Part shown: in pieces, positions 53,817 to 64,000 of the stretch
How the letters are laid out: each line of letters starts with the position of its first letter
Position numbering within the stretch: position 1 is the first letter of the stretch
Source: Eledone cirrhosa
Lineage: Eukaryota
Direction of reading: 5' to 3'
Length of the DNA: 64,000 nucleotides
Assembly: GCA_964016885.1 (NCBI GenBank)
Contig: OZ024749.1
Coordinates: forward strand, 11,346,001-11,410,000
Notes under the pieces: model-generated
Told to the model about the DNA's origin: nothing
The model's input: the letters and a program-made list of their open reading frames with translations, nothing else
Database searches by the model: none
Made by a program: the position numbers and the translations under genes

Positions 53817-54318
53817 ATATTGATTTGATTAAAACAACAGGAGGCCAGACTGGTGATGTTCCTTTAAAGTTTTATAGTTGCAAAAACACTATATATTTCA
53901 ATGTCCTGGTTATGAATCGGGAATGGTCTGTGACAACAAAAATACCTAATTCGCAGGTCATCTCCAAATCAAATTTTTTTTCTATATCTTCTCTGTTTGT
54001 GCTTGCCATAATTACTTTATTGATTAACTAATTATGCAATACACACCTGATGGTGTCACCAGGATCTTGTGTAATCAGGCCATTGAAATATAAAGGAACA
54101 TCACCAGTCTGGTCTCCTGTTGTTTTAATCAAACCAATATTTAATTCCATTCCTGCACCAACCACAAGATTCAACATCAACGATGGATGAGTTGCGTAAC
54201 GTAGAGTACTTTCCTACTAATATATCATAGTTAACTAAATGGAATGACCAGTTCTATCCAGTGGTGAACCATTAGACATAAATATATATATGTATCGAAG
54301 ACAAATTCATATACTAAG

Positions 54319-54408
54319 CATATCTGATGACCTTTCCATTACAGAGTCAGGTTCGATCTATAATAGGTCTTGCCTCGAGCGGATCAATAGTGAAACATAT
54401 GTAATATG
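54319..54408 (+). ncRNA. Type I hammerhead, family E, with ~60-nt domain II
   Basis: CATAT-CTGATGA-...-GAAA-CATATG-TA-ATATG; 5-bp helix I; palindromic helix III ACATATGT; shares CAGAGTCAGGTTC with the 52954-53043 copy. Confidence 0.72.
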
Positions 54409-54457
54409 TTATTAAATATGTTATGATGCAACACTGAATCCTTATCTTTATAGTATA

Positions 54458-55133
54458 CTAGCAGTAAAGCCCGGAGTTGCTCGGGGTCGCTCAGTAGCTG
54501 TGTTAAAGTTACAATGTTAAGTTTCTTTTTTGGCTTAAAGTCTGTCTGCACGACTGTCTGTCTGCACGACTGTCTGTCTGCACGCCTAACGAAATTTACA
54601 GATACATATATTTTAAATAAACTTATATAATTTTTGCTTTTTTTTACGAAATATTTGCTTGTTTTACGTAGTCTTTAAATAGACTTGTTTTCAAGTAAAA
54701 ATATTGTTTTAAAAGGCTTTTAAATGGAAATGAAGCAAAACGGAAGCTTAGTGTTCGAACTGATGAATTTTGCAGGTCAACATTTTGCTGGCTCGACAAC
54801 TGTTCGTGTATTGTGTTAATGTCATTTTAAACGCTGAGAAAGCCAGCGTAATTTTTTTAATTTTTGCACGCAGAAAATGTAAACAGAACGTAAGACGCTC
54901 AATGTAAACAGAACAAAGGGAAATAACTCGTCACTTACGCTCAAAAATCGATACATTAGATTCGATTTCGTCACATAGGGTGGGTCAATTTGAAATATTT
55001 TTTTTCCGATGTCTTCGCTAGGGCTCAATGTACAAGTATAGCAATTTCGGTGCAATTCCGTCAGAGATTCTAAGAGGAGATGTGTGCCAAAAATCGATAG
55101 ACAGACAGACAACCACAGCTTTATATATATAGA
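54458..55133 (-). mobile_element. Complete non-autonomous Helitron (676 bp)
   Basis: A|TC 5' end; 3' hairpin CCCGAGCAACTCCGGG then CTAG|T; no TSD; internal 16-bp triple repeat. Confidence 0.85.
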
Positions 55134-56437
55134 TAGATATATATACACACACACTCACATATGTGTGTGTGTGTAAACACTCCTACAATATAGTATATAC
55201 GCATTCGTGTAAACAAACATACTGAAATGTAAGATTACTAGTGAATTCGTGTTTTTTTTATTGATTATTAAGAGAAAGGTTTTCTTTTTCCTGCAATTCT
55301 TATACTCATTTATTGGTTTCAGCTCTGGTATGGCACTCCCTTAAATGGATTTAGACAATCATATAGATCTAATTATTTCTTTTACCGAGTCTGTTACTTA
55401 TTTTATCCTTTTTTATAGGCCCCTAAATTATGGGCCAAAAGCACAGAGATACACTCACACATATATATATATATCATCATCATCATCACCATTTTACATG
55501 TAGAGTATAACTCATGAGCTTGTTAAAGACATGCTGTTGATGAAGGACCTTTACTGCAGACTTATTATTGAACTGGTCAATAGAAAAGGAACTTCTGATG
55601 AGGCTGGTAACAACACCTGAAATTTAGGAGCAGATAACTCTATTTTATGTCTGTCAATGTCTGTCATAATAAACAACAGTTTAACAAATCACAGTTTGTT
55701 GTTATTTTGTGTATAGCTTAACTAAAGTTATATGGATGAGTTAAACAAATTGTCACATTTTGAAGGTGTACAGGAAGGTCAAATGACATTCTATTTTGGC
55801 GTAGTTTCTACAGCTGAATGCCCTCTTCACCCTTTGTTTTGCATATTTTCTGTCACTAACCACTTTACAGAGTATACTGGGTGTATATATCATGTGGATT
55901 ACCAACACTAGAGAGGTTGTTGAGCTTCTGACACAAAAAGGTCTCTGTGGCATGATTTCTACAATGGGCTTCCCTTCCTTTTTCCAACCACTTTATAGAG
56001 TGTACTGGGTGTATTTTATGTAGCAAAAAAGCAGTAGAGAGTTTCTTGGTCATTGACTCAACTGAAGAGCCCTATGTAGGAGAAGTAAAATAATATTGAG
56101 TCTACCTGATTATAGTTTCTAGTCAGATGACACTGTGTACACAACGAAAGCCACTTCTTCATTGCTCTATGGCAGTAATTTCAAACTATGACCCACAGCA
56201 GAGCAATATTGTTTTCTGCTAGCATGTGTAGTGTGCATATTGATATTATACGCAAATATATATGCATGTAGATATGATACATCAAATAAAATCGTAATTG
56301 ACAATATCCACAGAAATTGAATGACGTCTGTGTTACACTCTCTTATGTAATCAGTAAAGTAATCCATCATATATTTAAAAAAAGACGATATTATATATAA
56401 TCTGTATTAGGAGAAAATTAGTGACGGAAATATAAGT

Positions 56438-56680
56438 AACACAGAGGAGACTGAGGTTAGCTGGACATGCTCACCGACATCCAGAGTTGACATTGCACTC
56501 AGTGCTCCTGTGGGTGCCCCTACATGGACACACTGAAAGAGGAAGACCAAGGTTAACATATGTTGATGCCCTAAGGACAGACACTGGTCTGTTGGAGACG
56601 CAGGACATGGCAGCGATAATGAGGGACCGCTGGAGAGAACTCGTCCCTTGATCTCGGGAATTTTACCCGCCCTAGAATAT
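56438..56680 (+). mobile_element. RTE LINE 3' fragment
   Basis: Reverse-complement homologue of ~4830-5073. Confidence 0.8.
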
Positions 56681-56879
56681 ATGCGATGTTTTTATAAGTG
56701 TTATAATATAACCGGAAGTGTTGATATTTGAAAATTTTAAAGAAATGAATCTTTGAATAAATAATAAAATATATTTAATCAAGAGTTACGAAATTTAGTA
56801 CATAAATTATGTAATATTCATTCATTATTTATTCAAAGTAATCCAACGTTCTTTCTCTCCGGCTTATTCTTCTTCTTGT

Positions 56880-59800
56880 TCAGGGTACTGTTGGTACCAT
56901 TATCGTTTTGGTCAAGCTGCTCAGAAATGCAATCCTCCATGTTCTTTTTCTACCCAGGAAAACTCTTCGCAGGGGAATTGAACACGTCAACTTCCTCGTC
57001 AGTACACACTCGTAATCATGTATTCTTCATCACAGATTTGTCTTTGCAGGAACTTTGTCTGATTGACATGGGTGCAACTTATAGTATATGGCCATTGATG
57101 CTTCTTAAGGCTAAACCTTCACTTTCACCAATTTCTTCTACAAGCTGTCAATCATTCTGATATTCCTACTTATGGCCAAATTTCTCGCTCTTTGGACCTG
57201 AATTTACGTAGAGATCTTACCTGGGTTTTCATCATTGTGGATCTGCCGTATCCTATCCTGGGCGCCGATTTCTTACACCACTACAATCTTCTTGTGGATA
57301 TGCCTGCATGTCGTTTATTACATACAACCACAGATATTTGCATTCCTGGTTGTCGGTCATCGACCCAATCGACCGGTCAAGTCTTCTTTATCGCTGCTTC
57401 TGATGACCCATATCAATCACTTTTACATTCCTTTTTGGAATTGACCAATTTGAACTTCGAAGTAAGTGCTCCCACGCACTCTATCAAACATTTTATCAAA
57501 ACTAAGGGTGCTCCTGTTTTTTCTTGCTCTCATTGACTCTCTCCGGAAAAATTGAAAGCAGCCAAGGCGGAATTCAGTCATATGCTGCAGTTGGGAATTA
57601 TCCGCTCTTCCACCAGTCCATGGGCTAGTCCTTTACGTATAATCCCGACACGCTCCGGAGATTGGCGTGCTACAAGAGACTTTAGATGTTTCAATTCGAT
57701 CACAGTGCTGGATTAATATCCGATCCCCCACATCCAAGATTTTGCTTCTTCTCTCAACAGGTGTACCATCTTTTCAAAATTGAACCTGGTCAAAGTTCAC
57801 CATCAAAAACCTGTAAATCCTGCTGATATACCAAAGACTGCCGTGACTACTCCTTTTGGGGCATTTGAATTTCTAACTATGCCTTTTGGATTAAGAAATG
57901 TAGCTGGCACCTTCCAGTGTTTTATGGATGAGGTTGTTCGCGATTTAGATTTTGTATACTCCTATATCAACGACATTCTAGTTGCAAGTATTTCACCCGA
58001 AGAACATGTCACTCACCTCCGCCTACTTTTTGAGCGATTTAAGCATTACCAAGTTGGCATTAATCTTGCGAAGTGTGTTTCTAGTGCATCTTCACTTGTC
58101 TTTTTGGGCTACGTCATCAGCACTGACGGCATATCACCACTTCCAGATAAAGTGAAAGCTCTTCAGGATCTTCCTCCACCTACTTCTTTGTGACAGCTTC
58201 GGCACTTCCTTGGTCTTCTGAATTACTATCGCCATTTTATTCCACATTGCGCAGACCTCCTTCCCCCTCTGTCTGATCTCCTATGGAATAGAAAAAAGAA
58301 GGATGAGTCTATTTTTCTTGACCTGGTTCAGCTTGAGGCATTCACCAAAATCAAACAGGTGTTGGTTAACGCTGCTCTCCTTACATATCCTGTGCCTGAT
58401 GCCCAGCTTTCGTTGGTTGTTGATGCATCAAACACAGTTGTTGGTGCAGTTTTGCAGCAACATCACCCTCTGGCTTTCTTCTCAAGGCAGCTTAAGCCCG
58501 CTGAAACCCGTTATAACACATTTGGCCATGAACTTTTGGCTATCTACCTGGCAGTTAGATATTTCTGACACTCACTTGAAGGTCGTCACTTTACGATCTA
58601 TACTGATCATCGTCCCCTTTTGCACTTCGTTCTAAGCCAGACAAATACTCACCTAGATTTTGTTTCGCAGTTTACCATCGATGTCTGTCATAACTCTGGT
58701 GCACAGAATGCAGCGGCAGATGCTTTTTCTCACCTTCATATCAATTCTTTGTCATCACCTCCAGATATCAACCTCCATCTTCTTTCTGTGGATCAACCTC
58801 CTCTACAGTCAATCGATCTTGCTTCACCTAAATTTGCGTCATGCATACGGATGCACCTCGCCCTCTTGTTCCAGAGATGCAGCACTGTACTGTTTTCCGC
58901 ACTCTACACAATCTCTCATATCCCAGAATTTCTGCCACAGTGAAACTCATTTTGGCTAGATTCTTCTAGCCAAATATGAGACGAGATATCACTGCTTGGT
59001 CACATTCTTGCCTTTTCTGCACAAGCACATTCGCAATCCTTTCAGTACGTTCAGATCTCCTGAGTCACATCCATATCGATCTGGTTGGACCATGGCCAGT
59101 CAGTCAAGGTTTTATGTATATCCTGACGTGCATCGATCACTGTACATGTTGGTCTGAAGCCATTCCTCAATTCGATATAACATCGGAATCAGTAGCGCGA
59201 GCTTGGGTTGGATATTGTGCTATGCCGTTCCTATGACATCACTGACTGTGGTTGGCAGTTTGAGTCACAGATCTTTCATGAGCTTCCAAAGATTCCAGGT
59301 GCGCAGCACATTCGCATTACAAGTTACCATCCAGCTTTGAATGGTATGGTGGAATGCTTCCACAGCCAATTAAAGGCTGCCTATCCTGACCCCGTTGGAG
59401 CACCTCCCTATTGTTCTTCTGGTCTGCCGTTCAGCAGTCAGGGAGGAGCTGGGAATTGCTGTATGTAGTACCATTGTCCTTGCCGGGCCAGATTCTTGCC
59501 CTAGTGGATTTACCCTCTCACAACCCTGCTCTCTATGTCAACAGACTTCGTTAATATTTTGCCGAACTTCCGCCAATGACTCCCCCAGCAACAGACAGTT
59601 AAATCTTTGGTCCTGAAGGACAGGGCTTCATGGTCCCACATATTTCTGCGTAATGACTGCGAGAAGCCCTCTCACACCTCCATACACAGGACCTTACCGT
59701 GTCCTTTCCAATGACAAACATTTTACCAAAAACATTAATGGCAAAAACAACACTGTCTCCATGGACAGGGTTAAGCGGGTCTATCCAGACACTCTTACAC

Positions 59801-60645
59801 CAGAGCCTCAAACTGCCCCCTCCTACACTGCGTCACGTCAAACGTCAAACGCCTACACCACCGCACTCACCACAAGCTCATGCACACTTCCCCCAACACC
59901 AACATACGTCAAAACAACTCATAGTGGTCGTCGTGTTCATTGGCCCCAAAATCTATGTAAAACTGTACATTTGAACTGGCCCTTTGTGCCTGCTATTAAC
60001 TTATTTCTATTGCTTTTCTCTCTTACATTTTAACTTGGGTTACCCTGCTTTCCTATGTGTTCAGTTCTGCATATCCATTGTTGCTTTCCATTTTCAACAT
60101 TTTTTTTCTTTCTTTTGCGATATGTAGATACTTGTAAATATTGTGTATGTGACTGGTTCAGTTACTGCTTCTTTCGCTTTAGCTCGGCATTTTGTATCCT
60201 CCTCAGTGGCATGTGCTTTCAGTCTGTGATGGGGTAATGTAGTGAATATATGCGCAAAGGCTCGGTGACGTCACTGCTGCCCAAGTATGACAGTCGTGAA
60301 AACTTAAACAGAAAAGTTCAGTTGCTGTTAGATTTCCAGTCTGCCAAGACATGTCCAGCGCTCCTTCTCCTATCGCCATCAGCAACTCAGGACATCACTT
60401 TTAGCTGACACATTTCATATGCCACAACATGGCATTAGTCTTATTCGAAGCAAGGACTTTTTACTTCTTCAATGTTAATAAATGAAAGCTAATATTTGCA
60501 ACACTCATGGACTTGAACATTATTTTCCACTGACCTGCTCACATACACCTTTGTGGATGTACGTTCTCACATCACAACACACCATCTTTATCACCGCATA
60601 ATTTGTTACATTCACGCATATTCTGCATTAGTCATGTTTGTCACA
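56880..60645 (+). mobile_element. Heavily decayed Gypsy element (gag end, PR, RT, RH, IN, probable 3' LTR from 60238)
   Basis: [61 protein letters not shown]; GATGGGG PPT-like sequence then TG. The LTR end is uncertain. Confidence 0.8.
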
Positions 60646-62870
60646 TGACTTAATAAATTTCTATTTTTGTTTTCAATCAAAACGCCTTCTGATTTCTTAT
60701 AAACCTTTTTATTTCACTGCTGACCCCCTTGCCACAAATGTTATAATTGTTTCTACTTTTGGCATAAGCACAACAATTAGCCCAGTGCATTACTGGTACT
60801 TTATTTTATTGACCGCGTAAGGCTGAAAGGCAAACTTAACCTCGGCAGGATTTGAACTCAGATAGCAAAGGGCCGTAACTCTATGCTATGATAATATATT
60901 TGTTTCTACTTTTGGCACAAGGCCAGCAATTACCCAGTGTATAAAGTACCAGTAATACACTGGTATTTGCTGGCCTATTATCATAGCATAGAGTTACGGC
61001 CCTTTGTAGTCTGAGTTCAAATGATAATATATTATTATTATTATTCACTCACGAATACATTTAGGTATCCAATACGTTAAGAACGAAAACAAATTTAGTT
61101 TTTTTATAGTACAATATTCATAGTACAATATTTATAGATAGTATAAATAGTATAATATAGTACAATATTTATAGATAGTATAAATAGTATAATATAGTAA
61201 AATATTTATAGAACGATATTTGTAGTATAATTTATTGAATTTACACATGAAATACAACAATGGAAAAATGAAATTTACCAAAAGTTAAAACGGAATTAAA
61301 GAAAATATATCTCCCTACATTTTGTACAAATTCATATCTCACTATATATGTATTTATTTTTATTAACATAATTGATGGATATCATGCCCCCTCCTCCTCA
61401 TCTTATATTTGGCACGCTATGTCTCTCCCCCGGGACTTAATGGCCCTTTTCCGTCCTTAAGTTTAAGACCCTTGCTCTATGGAAACCATCAATAATTATA
61501 GCAACAATGTTATTTTTTGTGTGGAGGTACGTGGCCTAGTAGTAATCAATGTCGTAGGTTTGTCTGTTTTGTCTGCCGTGTTCTTGAGCAAAACACTTCA
61601 TTTCACGTTGCTCCAGTATACTCAGCTGAAAATGAGTACCAGCAAACCCTGTGATAGACTGGCAGGTCCATAGGAAAGTCTTGTACTCTCAGTTGTTTCA
61701 TGCCACAAGGAACGGATAAGCACCAGTCTGGTGAGCCTCCAAACTCGAATTTTAGAATGTTATATTTAATTATGAGGGCATCACTTTAATAAGATTTTGT
61801 GAAGAAAAAAACAAATTCTATTGGTCCTTAACAGAATGTCATTAGAAAAGCTCTTCCGTCGGGATTGCTGATGAATGTCATGGTATTCTGACATCATTCA
61901 AGCAATGTACTGTACACTTCCAGTGAAACTGGTTAAGAATGCATAGCCATCGACTTCCGCAAACTCACTCTATATGCTTGTACCCATAAACTCGACATAT
62001 CCAAGTGCTAACAAAAATACACATACTTTTAATCGAAGTTGAAGCTTCTAATAAATACGATTCCATAAATATGGTAGAGTCCATTCATTCGAAGATGCGG
62101 CTTCGAATAAATTAATGAACTCTTCCATATTATTGAATGCACTCGTTTTACCATGTGCCAAACACTTGTTTTAAACTTCAGTCTTTCTACTATCTTTTGT
62201 TTGCACGTGTTGGATAACTTTAAGTAAGTGATGTTTTTATTGTTATTTAGAAAGCCTCTTTCGCGTTATGTACATAATATAGCAAATATAGTTTAATTAA
62301 CACAACTAATGTTATAAATATCAACAATAATTTGGAGCCCTGCTTTATTTCTGCCAAGGTATCTCTCTTAAACTGGTAATCACCACTTTGAACGACACCT
62401 GTTTCCTGACTAATAACTCTTCTAAAACCTATGGGGTAAATTACTACTAGTTTGTTGTCTTCACAGTTGTTCGACTTTATCCATCGTCACTGTTGTATCG
62501 CTGACTATATTTTAGTTTATAATTCTTTATATGAGTTTAAATTTGAGGTTGTTTTTTTTTTTTGGTAACGTAAAATTATTCAATGTTTGTGGTGAAGTAA
62601 ATAGGAGAAAATGTCATTTCTCTCGACGACAATTCAAAATAAAGTTTTCATAAAAAGAAGCGCGAAAATGAATTAAATCCCGTTATTTGGTGGAGGTGAA
62701 GTGTGTAATGTGGCGGAAAGATATTTTTCTTGGTTTATATTTTAACCTCTTCAAACAATTTTAAAATGTCAAACTATGAAATATATTTTTTATTCGTTGC
62801 TACCTAAGACTTATTTTACGGTTATTCCTAATTGTAACTGTAGTTGAAAGGGTCTGCCTTACCACACTGA

Positions 62871-63098
62871 CAGGGCCGGATTTAGATTTGATGAGGCCCG
62901 AAGCTATTTGAGATAATGGGGCCCTTTATAGGTTATAAAAACTGCAAAACGTTCAATATTAAAGCAGAAAACGGTTTAAAACTATTGCACTATTTTCGTT
63001 CTTTTTTTCTTACATTTTGGAAATGTACACACCGTTTTTTATCAATTTGTTCGGGGCCCTAAGCTATAGCTTGTTTAGCTTACGTAAAACCCACTCTG
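62871..63098. mobile_element. hAT-type MITE (228 bp)
   Basis: Imperfect TIRs CAGGGCCGGATTT / AAACCCACTCTG; perfect 8-bp TSD CACACTGA at 62863-62870 and 63099-63106. Confidence 0.85.
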
Positions 63099-63479
63099 CA
63101 CACTGAATCTCCCTGAGAATTGCGTTACGGGTACACGTGTCTATAAAATGGTCAGCCACTTGTACACTAATATTACAAGCAGTCTGTTCTAAAACAATCA
63201 GCGACGGAGGTCCAACACACGCTCGCACATACATAATGTGGTTGTCAGAGATTGACCCAATACAACAAACTTAGAGTTTAATAAAACAGATTTTAACATT
63301 TATTTCAGTGTTTCACTGACTGAAAATAGCTGAATCATTTTTTTTTGTTAACTAGTGACAACGTTGGCAACCTCTAAATAATATATTTAGCAACAAACTT
63401 TACAGACAATGAATGATTTCATAAACTGATTCTACAGGGTAAGCCGAAAGTCTTGTCACCTCCCTACCAAAAAGTAACG

Positions 63480-63640
63480 AGAAACAGTTTATGTTCCTAT
63501 CGCAGTATGGTCCTCTTCGGAAGAGCTGGGTTGCCGAATCTTGCAGTGAAGTCATCTCGCACATCCTTCATGCTCTTGCCAAAATGCACACACCATCAGG
63601 TGTCCATACTATACAGCTTCTCTTCCAAACTGTAGGAGCT
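63480..63640 (-). pseudogene. Tc1/mariner-like transposase N-terminal HTH fragment (DUF4817-like)
   Basis: YSLEEK...SMKDVRDDFTARFG.P..P.RTIL...KLF, with in-frame stops. Confidence 0.45.
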
Positions 63641-64000
63641 CTGAAATAGAAAATTATTTTATTATTATTTCAAATCCCGCCGAGTTTATCTTTGCCTTTC
63701 ATCCTTACAGGGTCGATAAAATAAAGTACCAGTAATACACTGTGATAATTGCTGGCCTTGTGCTAAAAGTAGAAACCATTATTACTATTATAATTAATGA
63801 TATATATTATATTATTAAAACAAAAACAATGAAAGTTAAAACAATATGTAGGGGTGACAAAAATACGTTATGAAGATGAGAGTTGCAATTAATTAGATAT
63901 AAATGGAGGTTTCTTTTATTACGAGAGTATTTAAAGGCTAAATTAAATAATTTCATTTATTTTAACTCCATAATTAAATAAGTATATATATATATATTGG

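Noticed and set aside
55591-55632. CTGATGA...GAAA hammerhead candidate
   Set aside because: The core is present but helices I and III are too weak to call by eye.
61864-61906. Hairpin containing CTGATGA (hammerhead or SECIS candidate)
   Set aside because: No GAAA follows the stem, and there is no apical AA or proper GA quartet.

Overview
This is AT-rich, microsatellite-laden eukaryotic DNA made almost entirely of nested transposable elements and tandem repeats. The CORE-type tRNA SINEs with RTE-like (ATG)n tails and the repeat landscape suggest an octopod cephalopod, but that is an inference. No intact host gene is supportable. The elements are RTE, CR1 and CRE-like LINEs; a compact full-length LTR retrotransposon (27344-31499, 5-bp TSD, -1 frameshift signal, no TGG-type PBS) inserted in an RTE LINE; two decayed Gypsy elements, one carrying a solo LTR; Helitron pieces, one with a 3.1-kb 28-bp satellite grown from its first codons; mariner and hAT remnants; and Penelope-like element (PLE) fragments. 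The ORF track misses the most striking signal: about 14 intact or degenerate type I hammerhead ribozyme cores (CUGANGA...GAAA...NUH) from several families. Nine of them lie in or beside a roughly 6-kb mirror-symmetric fold-back (37090-43050) centred on a PLE GIY-YIG endonuclease. All coordinates were read by eye, so the edges of decayed elements are approximate.
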